Notes: generated by a model not told the origin, from the sequence alone. 64,000 nucleotides of DNA from an uncultured Nitrososphaerota archaeon (GCA_963824385.1 CAWGPD010000001.1:192001-256000), one strand, 5' to 3'. Positions 31,841 through 42,664 are shown, counted from the first letter of the stretch. Translations and numbers: made by a program.

Positions 31841-31984
31841 TTGTTGAGGTATAGTTCATAAAGGAAATTTAACTCTATGGAATGATCTGATATCAAATCA
31901 TGACTGATAGAAAACAGGACTGGATGAAGGGCAATAGTACAATACAAGAAGGATCATATTTTTCAATGAGAGAGTGATATCATA

Positions 31985-32677
31985 TTGCAGAACATGGAGT
32001 CAATAAAAAACAATGAAATCATCGATCTTATTGAAAATGAAGCCAACCTAAGTGTGGATAATTTCATCGAGGGTGCAATAGAGTTAGCAAAAGAGGTACA
32101 TTCAGGAGTAAAACGAGAGGATGGCACTTCATCATTTCTTGAGACGCATATTTGGCCTGTTGTGATGGATGTGATAAGACACTATAGATCAGCAAGTAAA
32201 CCGATATCTAGCATTCAGATAGTTTCTGCCATCTTACATGACGTGTTAGAAGATAATGAACGAATATTGGACCTGTATTCTTCAAAATCATATGGTTTTG
32301 ATGCATACTTTGAGCATAGATTTGGGCATTATGTTAACAAGGTAGCTACAACTCTAAAGACAAAACCAATAGAAATGTACCAAGGTTCTGACAACAAAGA
32401 ACGCGAATTTGAGAGATTCCACGATTATTGTAACGTTTTAGCAAAATCAGATTATGATGTAAAGGTAATCAAACTGGCAGACAGATTAAACAATATGAAA
32501 TTCATTGTCAAAGTACCAGGAAATGAAAAGATAATGCGTTATGTTAGAGAAGCTGAAGACTTTTACATTGCATATACAATTCTTGACCCACCAATGTCTG
32601 ATTTTTACTTGCAGATTAGGGAATCATATGAGCAATTAAAAAAAATAAAAAAAATGCCTGACCTGGTAACTCAATAA
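31985..32677 (+). CDS. HD-domain protein, small alarmone hydrolase (RelA/SpoT HD, Mesh1-like)
   Basis: A.EVHSG.KR..G; AILHDVLED; IKLADRLNN. Confidence 0.8.
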   Translation: MQNMESIKNNEIIDLIENEANLSVDNFIEGAIELAKEVHSGVKREDGTSSFLETHIWPVVMDVIRHYRSASKPISSIQIVSAILHDVLEDNERILDLYSSKSYGFDAYFEHRFGHYVNKVATTLKTKPIEMYQGSDNKEREFERFHDYCNVLAKSDYDVKVIKLADRLNNMKFIVKVPGNEKIMRYVREAEDFYIAYTILDPPMSDFYLQIRESYEQLKKIKKMPDLVTQ

Positions 32678-32739
32678 TCATATCATTCATATCATAAAAA
32701 ATAATCCAAGAAAGTTATAAAATATTTAAGATTTTTGTT

Positions 32740-34608
32740 TTAACCGTATTGATAGTTTATTCCCTTCTCGCCACGTGCATGTTTCCAGTCAGTCTCTTCT
32801 GAACATGTTCCACATTCTACACACCCCTCATGTTGTATAACCACCTTGTTATTTTCTAAAGAGTAACATTTGGTTGGACATAGTATTACCATTTTTTTCA
32901 TAAAGTCACTGTCTGATTTTATCACTTTGATATGCGGAAGGTTATCATCGTTGAACTTTAGTTTTCCAATTCGTTCAGCAATAGATGGAATATGTGGTGT
33001 GTAAGAAGCGGAAATTGTTTTACCTGATCTTTCAGCTAGTTCCGTTGGAACTTTGACATAGGTCTCTTCGGACTCTACTAGTGGTAATAATTTATCATAT
33101 CCCAAAATATTTGCAAATCCTACTGCAAAGCCCCTCAGAGTACTGCTAGTCATAAGTTTCACAATCATGCCGTATTTTGCACTGATGATATCTTTTGGAA
33201 TGTCTTTTGCGGCATCTATGAAAATTTTCAGGTAATCTTTGTCTATCTCTTTCATGTCTCTAGTATAGTGACTTTCTTCAGAAGCATTGGAATAAGACCT
33301 TCCCAGATGATCTTGAGACAAGTTGTTTTTGTCTAGAGCATCGGCAATGGCATTTGCAGCCCTTACTGCATCATCAATTCCAACGTTAAGGCCTTCTATT
33401 TTTGGTCCAATGAAGATTCCTCTGCCGGCTGCATCACCTACAAATAGAATATTTTTAATGAAAGGCGTTTTCATTCTGCCACGTTTTCCATCAGGGATTA
33501 GCTTTGCACTATATTCCACCTCGACATAATCTGTTTCAAATGTGATTCCATATTTGTCTGCCATTTGACTTTGAACTGAAGATAATTGTGATCTTATTTC
33601 ATCTTCAGATGCATATTTTCCGCTTTTGATCAGTCTTTCCCTACCACTTTTTGAAAGAAGTGCATCCCTTGTCTCCTGCCATGATTTTATCAGTTTAGTT
33701 GTTGCAAAGCGAATTCTGACTTGTTCTTCTTTTGATGAATTCTTGTCGATCTCTTTTTTTACCGGTACTTGGTCTTTGATAAATTCACTAATCATCGGAT
33801 TTTTAAGTAAAGCATCAATCATGGTATAAGGCTCAGAGGGATGCTCAAGCAAGGAATCCAAGTGATAAACTCCTCCAACTGACAAGGTGTTTTGATTAGT
33901 GTAAACAAATCCTCCACCTATATGGTTCAAAGTAACATCTCCTGCAAACAGATGAGCTGCTCCTTCTTCTGAGCTAACCCCAAACCTTTCATTGATTACA
34001 TCTTCTGGCAATTTTACTATTACTTTGACACCTTGGTATAGTTCACTTGGAGAGAATTTTGGTCTCACTTTTGTTATCTGTGCAACTTCGGAATTAACTC
34101 CATCAGCTGCAATAACTGCTCTTGTTTCAATCTCTTCAAGCTCGTCAGTATAGATTATTGTCTTGTCACCATCCCATTTGATATCTCGCACATGAACTCC
34201 AGGTATTATTCCTCCTCCGAATTTTTGTGCGCTCTCATTTGCTTGCTGTGCAAACCATTTGTTTAACTTGTTCATAAGAACAGAGTATCCGTAATTTGCC
34301 TCATAGTTATGAGCAGGTGTCAAGTCCATTGAAAAGACCTTGTCTTTGGAGGTTGAACATAGAATGTATTTTGTAATCTTTCTCTCTACAGGTGCATCAG
34401 TAAGAAAATTTTCATAGATATCTTCAACATTAAACACTTTACCTTTTACTGGTTTTTTTGAATAGAGTATTCCTCCTGAAACACTCTTTGAGCCAACCAT
34501 ATTGCCTGATTCCAAAAGTATTGCTTGCTTGCCTCGGTTTGATAGCTGTTTTAGAGCTGCAAGTCCTGAAGAACCTCCTCCAATTATAACTACATCATAT
34601 TTTTCCAA
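32740..34608 (-). CDS. fixC: FixC-like FAD oxidoreductase fused to a C-terminal FixX ferredoxin
   Basis: GGGSSG, AADGVNS, VGDAAG; C-terminal CPTKCY...CVECGTC...RGEKGINYQYG. Confidence 0.85.
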   Translation of the reverse strand: MEKYDVVIIGGGSSGLAALKQLSNRGKQAILLESGNMVGSKSVSGGILYSKKPVKGKVFNVEDIYENFLTDAPVERKITKYILCSTSKDKVFSMDLTPAHNYEANYGYSVLMNKLNKWFAQQANESAQKFGGGIIPGVHVRDIKWDGDKTIIYTDELEEIETRAVIAADGVNSEVAQITKVRPKFSPSELYQGVKVIVKLPEDVINERFGVSSEEGAAHLFAGDVTLNHIGGGFVYTNQNTLSVGGVYHLDSLLEHPSEPYTMIDALLKNPMISEFIKDQVPVKKEIDKNSSKEEQVRIRFATTKLIKSWQETRDALLSKSGRERLIKSGKYASEDEIRSQLSSVQSQMADKYGITFETDYVEVEYSAKLIPDGKRGRMKTPFIKNILFVGDAAGRGIFIGPKIEGLNVGIDDAVRAANAIADALDKNNLSQDHLGRSYSNASEESHYTRDMKEIDKDYLKIFIDAAKDIPKDIISAKYGMIVKLMTSSTLRGFAVGFANILGYDKLLPLVESEETYVKVPTELAERSGKTISASYTPHIPSIAERIGKLKFNDDNLPHIKVIKSDSDFMKKMVILCPTKCYSLENNKVVIQHEGCVECGTCSEETDWKHARGEKGINYQYG

Positions 34609-34618
34609 GATCTATCAC

Positions 34619-35803
34619 CTATGCCTGGACTACCTTTTTTTGCGTTTTAAGATTTTCAATCAACATTGGAATTACATCTTCCATTCTGCCTTTAATGAAG
34701 ATGTCACATTCATCTTTTATTGGAGAATCTTCGTCAGGATTAATTGCAAGGATAAATTCAGAATCTTTCATACCAGCTAAATGTTGGATTGCTCCACTAA
34801 TACCCACTGCAATGTACAACTTGGGGCTTACTTTTCTTCCGCTGCTGCCAATTACTCTATCTGCTATAAAATATTTAGAATCAATTGACTGATTGATTGA
34901 AATAATCTTTTTTGATAACGGTAGGGATACACCTATCTCTGCTTCCAACTCTGATGCAAGTTGTTCTATTAGTTTGACATTTTGTTCTGGAGCATCCTTT
35001 ATTCCACGACCAAAACCCACAATGGTTCTACGCGCGTCAAAATCAATCTCGTTTTTAATTATTTTACGGTCAAGAATTTTAACCAAAAGATCTTTTTCTT
35101 CAAATCGTGGCAAATATTCTATAATTTTTCCACTTCGCTTAGAATCAGATTCAATTGGCTCAAAAACGCCAGGTATTATGCTGCATGCCTGTGGATGATA
35201 ATCTCTCTCAATTGATGGATTTCTGTTATCAAGACATAGAATTGTAGTCCACAAAAACCCCGAAAAGTCAGGTCTGTACATTTCAAGTGTTTTTTCATAT
35301 GTCAGAGGTTTACCAGCCGTTTTAATTTGGTGGGTTAGCTGCAGGTCCTCTACGACAAGCTTGTTGATGTCGGATGCAAGGCCAGAATCTAGTTCTGCCA
35401 TTACAGTAGAAGAGAGATGTCTTCCCACACTATCTGCTGCAAAGAACATGTAGCGAGGTTTTTTAAAACTTGCAGAGTCAACTGATTCTACTTTAGCTGC
35501 TACCTCTTTGTCTGTAGCAATCTGGGCAATCAACTTTGTGTAAATTGTATTTCTTACATATCTTAGCTCTTGATTATCAGAAACTATTACAACATCTGCA
35601 CCATGTTCAATTAGTACTTTGGAAATTTCTTTTACACCATCTCCTAAAAGTAGCGCAACAACTTTTTCATCAGATGAATATTTTTTATTAAAATCATCCA
35701 TGAGTCTTCTTGCTTCACTGAGCATCTCAAGACTAACTGGAACTATTTTACCTTCTTCCTGTTCCATTACAACGTATAGGTGTCTATAATCTCCATCTGT
35801 CAT
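34619..35803 (-). CDS. fixB: Electron transfer flavoprotein alpha subunit
   Basis: VGFGRGI; IGSSGRKVSPKLYIAVGISGAIQHLAGM; AINPD. Confidence 0.9.
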   Translation of the reverse strand: MTDGDYRHLYVVMEQEEGKIVPVSLEMLSEARRLMDDFNKKYSSDEKVVALLLGDGVKEISKVLIEHGADVVIVSDNQELRYVRNTIYTKLIAQIATDKEVAAKVESVDSASFKKPRYMFFAADSVGRHLSSTVMAELDSGLASDINKLVVEDLQLTHQIKTAGKPLTYEKTLEMYRPDFSGFLWTTILCLDNRNPSIERDYHPQACSIIPGVFEPIESDSKRSGKIIEYLPRFEEKDLLVKILDRKIIKNEIDFDARRTIVGFGRGIKDAPEQNVKLIEQLASELEAEIGVSLPLSKKIISINQSIDSKYFIADRVIGSSGRKVSPKLYIAVGISGAIQHLAGMKDSEFILAINPDEDSPIKDECDIFIKGRMEDVIPMLIENLKTQKKVVQA

Positions 35804-36678
35804 TTTATCACCATTGTAGATAATGCTTGACGTAATCGGGCAACAACTTTTCCAATCTGTTCATTACTAGAACCATCTATAACTTCTGCCTGTCTACCAG
35901 CTTTTCCTTTTGGAATTTTTTCTACCTTGTATACTATAGTTGGAGAACCAGCAAGTCCAATGAGTTTTGGATCTGCTCCAAGTTGTTCGGCATTTAGAAT
36001 TTTCAAATACTGTTTGAAATTTTGTGCCCTATCACTTGCCTCTTTTTGATATTTTTGAAATGCAAGTCTCTGAGAAACAGTATTGAATATGGGCTTGTAG
36101 GATGGGTCAATTGCGATAAAGACTGGAAGTGGAGCCTCCACCTCTTCAATAACATCATAAAACCCCTGAAGTCTAATTGAGCGCTTGGCTCTCACAGTTC
36201 GATTTTTTACATCTACTTCATAATCAATAACATTGCCAAGAAATGTAAAACCAAGTTTCCATGCAGTCTGAGGTCCAACTTGACCAGTCTCTCCATCAGA
36301 GGCCCTATGTCCTGAAAATATTATATCCATAGGTCCTTGCATTTTGTGGATTCCAGTCTTTAGCAATTCTGCAGTTCCCAGAGTATCCGCACCTGCAAAA
36401 ATTCGATCACTGAAAAGATAAAGCTCGTCCGCATCTGATATCTGCTGGGCATTTTGAAGTATTAGATCAGCATTTGGTGGACCCATTGTTCCAATCGAGA
36501 CCTTTGCATCGTATTTGACCTTTGAGTAGAATGCCGCACTTGCAGCCAATGCACTATGTGGACCCAGTATGTTCTTAGTCTCTGCTCGATTAAGGGTCCC
36601 ATCAGGATTGTAACTTACATTTCCTTCAGAAAAATCTGGTTCTAGTTTGACAATTACTGCGACATTAAGTGATGACAA
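35800..36678 (-). CDS. fixA: Electron transfer flavoprotein beta subunit
   Basis: GTLNR; MGPP; DRIFAGADTLGT; DGETGQVGP; GLAGSPT. Confidence 0.9.
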   Translation of the reverse strand: MSSLNVAVIVKLEPDFSEGNVSYNPDGTLNRAETKNILGPHSALAASAAFYSKVKYDAKVSIGTMGPPNADLILQNAQQISDADELYLFSDRIFAGADTLGTAELLKTGIHKMQGPMDIIFSGHRASDGETGQVGPQTAWKLGFTFLGNVIDYEVDVKNRTVRAKRSIRLQGFYDVIEEVEAPLPVFIAIDPSYKPIFNTVSQRLAFQKYQKEASDRAQNFKQYLKILNAEQLGADPKLIGLAGSPTIVYKVEKIPKGKAGRQAEVIDGSSNEQIGKVVARLRQALSTMVIK

Positions 36679-36894
36679 TTTTACTTCCTTTGCCTTGCAA
36701 TAATTTGGGTATATAAAATATGATTTTAAAGTTTCGTATTTATGATATAAAAAAATTCAAGGACTAGAATTTAATAATTTGAGAATATCTTTGTGGATCT
36801 ATTTTTGATCGACTTGTTCATAAAATTCCTAAAATTAACTTGTTATATCATGGAATAATTTTAGTGTGGAATATACCAATAATGAAAACAGACT

Positions 36895-37101
36895 TTAGCT
36901 TAACTTTTGAGCGTCTTTTTTCCAGATTCTGACACCATCAACGAAGACTTGTTCAGGTTCCTCAAATACAGTATGCCACTTGCCGTCATGTGGAAAGAGT
37001 TTGTCCATTTCCTTTATTTTGCTATTTGTTGGAAAAGCATTGGTAAGTGCGCCCCATCTCATATTAGGAACTTTGGGCATGATCTCGTTGATATCTCGCA
37101 T
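36895..37101 (-). CDS. Conserved hypothetical protein
   Basis: MPKVPNMRWGALTN...PHDGKWHTVF. Confidence 0.65.
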   Translation of the reverse strand: MRDINEIMPKVPNMRWGALTNAFPTNSKIKEMDKLFPHDGKWHTVFEEPEQVFVDGVRIWKKDAQKLS

Positions 37102-37242
37102 ATGATACAATACAAAATCACGGGATAAAATACTATGCATTTGCCTTGTGAAAAAACACACTTTGAAAAAAATCATGATCTATTGAAGTGACTGATTTGT
37201 ACAATCCCCAGTCAATTAATTCATGGGTACTGTATTACTTGC

Positions 37243-37815
37243 ATGACAACAATAGTTGGAATCAAAACAAGAGAAGGCGTAGTACTTGGTTCAGACAAAA
37301 GAGCAAGCAAGGGCTTTTTTATCGGATCTAAAATAGTACAAAAAATTGCAAAGATAGATGAGACACTAGCTGTTGCAATTGCAGGTCAAGTATCAGATGC
37401 AGAGCACATAATCAAGATGGCAAAAGCAGAACGAAGGCTTGTGGAATTAAGAAGAGGATTTCCATTGAGCATCAAAGAATCTTCAAGGCTGATTGCAAAT
37501 ATAGCATATTCCGGCCTTAGAAATTATCAGCCATATTACGTAGAACTTCTAGTGGCAGGAGTTGACAGAGAAGGATCGCATGTATTTGCAGCAGATATGA
37601 GCGGCGCAGTCATGGAAGAAGACTTTGCATCATCTGGCTCTGGCTCACCTATTGCATATGGAGTGCTTGAAAGCTTGTACAACAAGGATGTAACAAATAG
37701 TCAGGCAAGCGAGATTGCAACACGCGCAGTAGCTGCAGCGATGGAGCGAGACCCTGGTTCGGGAAATGGAATAAACATTCTAGCAATACAGAATCTAAAG
37801 GAGGTTGCTGTATAA
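37243..37815 (+). CDS. psmB: Proteasome beta subunit without propeptide
   Basis: M-TTIVG; Thr1/Asp17/Lys33 in register; GSGS; RDPGSG. Confidence 0.9.
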   Translation: MTTIVGIKTREGVVLGSDKRASKGFFIGSKIVQKIAKIDETLAVAIAGQVSDAEHIIKMAKAERRLVELRRGFPLSIKESSRLIANIAYSGLRNYQPYYVELLVAGVDREGSHVFAADMSGAVMEEDFASSGSGSPIAYGVLESLYNKDVTNSQASEIATRAVAAAMERDPGSGNGINILAIQNLKEVAV

Positions 37816-38481
37816 TGTCTGAATCTCAAAACAGTTCAAGATTTCCTTTCTACGGACCGCAGGGAAGGCTTGTCCTTGTAGATAGTGCATTAGAAGCAGT
37901 AAGCAGAGGCTCTACTACAATAGGAATCAAGACTCCAAACTTTGCAATGATTGCAAGTCAGATAAAACCAACACATCCATTGATGGAACCATCTGAGAAG
38001 ATATTTCCAATAGATTATCATGTTGGTGCAACAGGTGCTGGATATATTGGTGACATCTTGCAACTAATTGATACACTGCGTCTTGAATCACAAAAACATA
38101 GATTGACATACGAGACTCCGATAGATGTAGACTCGCTTGCAAAACATCTCAGTAGTTTTCTGCATAATTATACAACATATGCAGTAAGACCTCAGGCAGC
38201 ATCTGTAATTCTTACAGGTCAAGACCAGACTGGAATACAACTGTACCAAGTAGAATCCTAGCGGAACTTTTTTTAGAGGTTCTGGATTTGCAATAGGCCA
38301 GTCCTCAGATATTGCCCTTGATGTCATAACTAAAGAGTACAGCAAAGAGATGAAGTTAGAACAAGCAATAGAACTTGGCAGAAAGGCAATAGAAAAAGCA
38401 CTTGGAGAAAAGCCCATAGTTGAGACAGGAATCATAGAACCTGGGCAGGCATTTCGTAAAATACGCACTGATAACACCTAG
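37815..38481 (+). CDS. psmA: Divergent proteasome alpha subunit (frameshift near 38255)
   Basis: PQGRL..V..A.EAV.RGSTTIGIK; EKIF.ID.HVG; continues PSGTFF...AIG in the next frame. Confidence 0.85.
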
Positions 38482-38610
38482 ATTTTTTTCAAGGTGTTCA
38501 TTTTTATTTTTTTTAAAAACATACCAAAAGACTAGAGACAATTTATTTCATATTCAAGAACAATAATCTACCAGTAACTAAAATACAACATGTGCGGATA
38601 AATAACAGAT

Positions 38611-39390
38611 ATGAATCTGGTACAAAATATCAAAGATACAGTACATGCCAAAAATATCACTACTAGTGAATATTCAAAATCGCCGCAAATCGCTGACGAT
38701 ATAGTACTAAAAATAGAACATGTCGACAAGATATTTGATTCAGCTTCTGGCAGAGTTGTTGCATTAAAAGACATAAATTTAACAGTAAAACGCGGCCAGT
38801 TTGTATCCATTATAGGTCCTTCTGGATGCGGAAAATCTACACTTCTTAATATCATAGGCGCACTTGACAGGCCAACATCAGGTAATGTATTCATAAACGG
38901 ATACAACATATTCACGCTTGGAGACTCTGAAATTGCCACCATGCGAAATCGTCTCATAGGATATATCTTTCAATCATATAATCTGGTCAACAGAAGCACA
39001 GTTGAGATCAATGTAAAACTTCCCGCAATCATAGCTGGAATGTCTACTGCAGAGGCAAATCATAGAGCAAAAAATATTTTAAAAGAATTAGGAATAGAAG
39101 ACAAGGCAAAACAAAAACCAGCCAATCTAAGTGGAGGCCAGCAGCAAAGGGTTGCAATTGCAAGATGCTTGATTAACAACCCGGCAATAATTTTAGCTGA
39201 CGAGCCAACAGGAAATTTAGATACAAAAACGGGTCAGGACATATTTGATATGCTAAAGATATTATCCCACAAGTTTGGACGCACCATCATAATGGTTACA
39301 CATAATCCCGAACTTGCAGAAGCTACTGACAGATCAGTTCAAATCAGAGACGGCAGAATTGAAAAAGACGTGCTAAATAAAATCAATTAA
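38611..39390 (+). CDS. ABC transporter ATP-binding protein (LolD/MacB-type)
   Basis: GPSGCGKST, LSGGQQQR, ADEPTGNLD, VTH; no permease adjacent. Confidence 0.9.
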   Translation: MNLVQNIKDTVHAKNITTSEYSKSPQIADDIVLKIEHVDKIFDSASGRVVALKDINLTVKRGQFVSIIGPSGCGKSTLLNIIGALDRPTSGNVFINGYNIFTLGDSEIATMRNRLIGYIFQSYNLVNRSTVEINVKLPAIIAGMSTAEANHRAKNILKELGIEDKAKQKPANLSGGQQQRVAIARCLINNPAIILADEPTGNLDTKTGQDIFDMLKILSHKFGRTIIMVTHNPELAEATDRSVQIRDGRIEKDVLNKIN

Positions 39391-39463
39391 TATCATTTGC
39401 ATGCATTATCAGATATAGTAATTCAGAGCCATCTTAAAATACGATCCACTCGTAATTATACAC

Positions 39464-39817
39464 ATGCAAGGTTCAAGTGCATTAGACAAATATGATTTAA
39501 AAAAAGCCCATAAAGCTTTGAAGATGTTACTTATTGATAGAAGTAATGAATTTCGAGTATTTGCCCACGGTATTGGATACCCAGTAAATACTGAAAACTG
39601 GGAAGTAATTGTATTAAATTTCTGCCTTGATTTTGTAGATTGTTTCAAAGACATGTCAGGTGAGACTCCACTTGACCATAATCAGATCCACAAATGCATG
39701 ACTCACATTAGACAAATTACTAGAGGCAAGACAAACATGACCGAAGTTACACACCTTGAGAATACCGCGTACCTCATTGCAGAAGATTTCAAATCAATTT
39801 ACAAAAGAATGGAGTAG
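39464..39817 (+). CDS. Hypothetical protein
   Basis: 117-aa ORF. Confidence 0.65.
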   Translation: MQGSSALDKYDLKKAHKALKMLLIDRSNEFRVFAHGIGYPVNTENWEVIVLNFCLDFVDCFKDMSGETPLDHNQIHKCMTHIRQITRGKTNMTEVTHLENTAYLIAEDFKSIYKRME

Positions 39818-39867
39818 AAAGTATATTTCATACTCTAAAGATTATACATTCAGATTAGCATCATAAA

Positions 39868-40596
39868 TTAATTATACGAGCTAAAAGAATGAAAACTATT
39901 TTTACCATCAGGTCTGTCTTGCCTTTCTTTGAGTAGTCTTGTAATATGTTCTAATATTTTATGAGCATGAATTATAGACTCGGACTTGAGCTTGGCTCCT
40001 GAAGCATCACTTTCCACAACTGCGTATCTTGAGACAAGTTTTAGATTTACACGATACTTGTCACTACTTGCCCATTGCAGCACATACCCACCATCCCCTT
40101 GGATAATTCCTATCCAGCGCAGAGTTCCAAACCATTTTCCATGTAATTTGCGTATAACATCCTCTACTTTGATCTCAGTTGGAATGTACAGCTGAAGTAT
40201 CTGTTCGAATTGTTCATACTGGTCAGATATTCCATTGGATAAATTTTCAAGATCAATTCTAGACTTTTTGACAAGTATTGAATCCAAATTCTTTGCAAGT
40301 CTGTAACCATGAACTGTTTTTTTTATCAAGCCTGCACTTGCTAGTCGGTGTAATGAGCGTGTTAGGCTTTGTTGATGAATCCCAAGCTTTCGAACAAGAC
40401 CATTAAACGTATACTGGTTATCACTAACATCACTGTCCTGATTTAATACAGACAAGACTTTTTTGTCGTTTGTCTGAAAATCATCAAGGGATAAATCAGT
40501 TGAATTATCAATTATAATCTGGACCATCTTATCATCCACTTTGACCTCTTTTTCGTTTTCAGGCTTTGCTTTTTCTTGTGATTCTTTGTTTTCCAT
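39868..40596 (-). CDS. Winged-helix DNA-binding domain protein
   Basis: FNGLVRKLGIHQQSLTRSLHRL...GLI.K...GYRL. Confidence 0.75.
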   Translation of the reverse strand: MENKESQEKAKPENEKEVKVDDKMVQIIIDNSTDLSLDDFQTNDKKVLSVLNQDSDVSDNQYTFNGLVRKLGIHQQSLTRSLHRLASAGLIKKTVHGYRLAKNLDSILVKKSRIDLENLSNGISDQYEQFEQILQLYIPTEIKVEDVIRKLHGKWFGTLRWIGIIQGDGGYVLQWASSDKYRVNLKLVSRYAVVESDASGAKLKSESIIHAHKILEHITRLLKERQDRPDGKNSFHSFSSYN

Positions 40597-40619
40597 GTCT
40601 ATTACTCCAATTAGCTCTT

Positions 40620-40925
40620 TTACTTATTTAAAACTAGTTTAGCTTCAAGCACTTGAGATGATTCTAATATAGAATTTCTAGGTTTTATCAAATTACTTTC
40701 ATTTTTTATCATACCATAATGTAGTAGAGATAATCTATTTTTTCGTGACTGTGTATTTCTTGAGTTTAATCGTAGTTTATTATTGCAACATGGACAACGT
40801 ATTCCAGAGGATAGCGAGTCTACAAATATTCCGCATATAGAACAAGGTCTTTGTCCCACTGCAAATCTAAATCCTCCCAATGGTTTTTTTGCTGCAAACC
40901 TGTAGCAAATTCCTTTGCACTTCAA
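40620..40925 (-). CDS. Small zinc-finger protein
   Basis: CKGIC...CSIC...CPCC..KLR. Confidence 0.7.
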   Translation of the reverse strand: MKCKGICYRFAAKKPLGGFRFAVGQRPCSICGIFVDSLSSGIRCPCCNNKLRLNSRNTQSRKNRLSLLHYGMIKNESNLIKPRNSILESSQVLEAKLVLNK

Positions 40926-41040
40926 GTCTTACTAGTAATACTACATTTCAAATAAAATAGACTAGGTTCAGCAAAACCTAGTCACATGTATTTTCATACC
41001 AATTCAAAAATAAATACTGCCATCAAATAGAAGATAGTCA

Positions 41041-41835
41041 TTGGTCGACGTTTGGACTTTTGTAGCAATATCCATTCCTACAATGATCCTACTAGGTATG
41101 CGACATGCCCTTGATGTTGATCATATAACTGTAATAGACAATCTAGTACGATTACACAATGCTATTAAAAAATCAAGATGGGTAGGTGCAGGATTTAGTG
41201 CTGGACATATGGCATCAGTATTAGCAGAGATGCTTTTCATAATTTATGTAGTTGGCAGTATAACCAGTGCAAATAATCTCATGTTTTGGGGCGGCGTGGT
41301 TGGAGCAATTGCTTTGGGAGTAATAGGTGCAATCAACATCATTTCAATGAAAAAATGGGGAAGGAGCGGTGTCGCAATATTTGCTAGCAAGATTCTTGCT
41401 AGAACTGGAGTTTTAGGACCAGTTGGATCTTCAGTAGTCACGGGTTTGATATTTGGCCTTGGCTTTGATACTGCTACACAGATCTCTGCAATTACATTGT
41501 CTGCGGTAGCATCCGCTACGGCTGGAATGCAAACAGCACTAATCCTTGCAGGATTCTTTGCTCTTGGAATGATTCCAATAGATACTTTTGACAGCGTTCT
41601 ATTGCGTTCCGCATTCTCCAAGATACTTCACGCAAAAGGATTCAGGTATACATCATATGCATTAAGCGCTGCAGCATTGACAATCGCTGCTGTTGCAGCA
41701 TATGAAACGTTAACAAATTCAGAGATACTTCCAGAATTGACAGGTCCAGTTTTGGCAGTGACAATAGTTTCTGCTTCATTTGGATATGCTTTTGTCACAA
41801 GGAAAAAAATTCAAGGAACAAAGCATGCGGATTAG
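41041..41835 (+). CDS. High-affinity nickel/cobalt permease (NiCoT, HoxN/NixA family)
   Basis: RHALDVDH signature; FSAGH; GLGFDTA. Confidence 0.9.
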   Translation: MVDVWTFVAISIPTMILLGMRHALDVDHITVIDNLVRLHNAIKKSRWVGAGFSAGHMASVLAEMLFIIYVVGSITSANNLMFWGGVVGAIALGVIGAINIISMKKWGRSGVAIFASKILARTGVLGPVGSSVVTGLIFGLGFDTATQISAITLSAVASATAGMQTALILAGFFALGMIPIDTFDSVLLRSAFSKILHAKGFRYTSYALSAAALTIAAVAAYETLTNSEILPELTGPVLAVTIVSASFGYAFVTRKKIQGTKHAD

Positions 41836-41875
41836 AATATTTAATTGTGAAAAAATTTTGTATTAGATATACAGA

Positions 41876-42628
41876 TTAATTGCCTTTTTTGTACAAACAA
41901 ATATTATTTCCATAACATGAGTTATCAATACCAGAAATATCAGCCCCTTGTGTGATAGCACCATGCAGGTGTGCATTGGCAAAGACGTCCCCAACAAGAG
42001 ATGCGTCGGAAAGATTTGCATATCTTAGATTAGCATATGAAAAATCAGCAGTCTGACATATACAATATGAAAGATCTACACCTTGCATATTTGCAGCTGT
42101 AAAATCAGCACCATTGAATTGGGCTTGTGTGAATGTTGCACTCTCCATGTTTGCGTCTTGAAAGGTAGACCATGGAAATGTAGAACCAGTAAACTTGGCA
42201 TCTCTAAGATCTGCTCCATTAAAATTTGTGGACCAAATAACTGCATATCTTAGGTCAGCGCCATGAAGGTTTGCACCTGAAAGGTTTACACCTGAAAGGT
42301 TTACACCCTTCAAGTCTACATTTTGGAGATCTGCATTTTGAAGATTGACGCCAAACAAATCTGCGTTTACAAAAATACTTCCGGACATATTAGCGCCATA
42401 CATATTAGCATTATGAATACTGAGGTTATCCCAATGACAGTTACTCAAATCAGCATCTGGTTGCACTTTTATGTTGCAAAGTTTTGTGGATGGCGTTACA
42501 GAAGTATTATCGTTTGAGTTTAGATTTGCATTTTGCTCATCACCAAAAACCTTTGTTACTTGCCCCATTGGGAATAGAACCAACATTGCAGTGATAAAAA
42601 ATAAAGCGATTTTTGGATTTATTTGCAT
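41876..42628 (-). CDS. Secreted pentapeptide-repeat protein
   Basis: Signal peptide; A(D/N)Lxx repeats. Confidence 0.9.
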   Translation of the reverse strand: MQINPKIALFFITAMLVLFPMGQVTKVFGDEQNANLNSNDNTSVTPSTKLCNIKVQPDADLSNCHWDNLSIHNANMYGANMSGSIFVNADLFGVNLQNADLQNVDLKGVNLSGVNLSGANLHGADLRYAVIWSTNFNGADLRDAKFTGSTFPWSTFQDANMESATFTQAQFNGADFTAANMQGVDLSYCICQTADFSYANLRYANLSDASLVGDVFANAHLHGAITQGADISGIDNSCYGNNICLYKKGN

Positions 42629-42664
42629 AATACGTTCAACATAATCAAGGTAATTTAAGACCTG

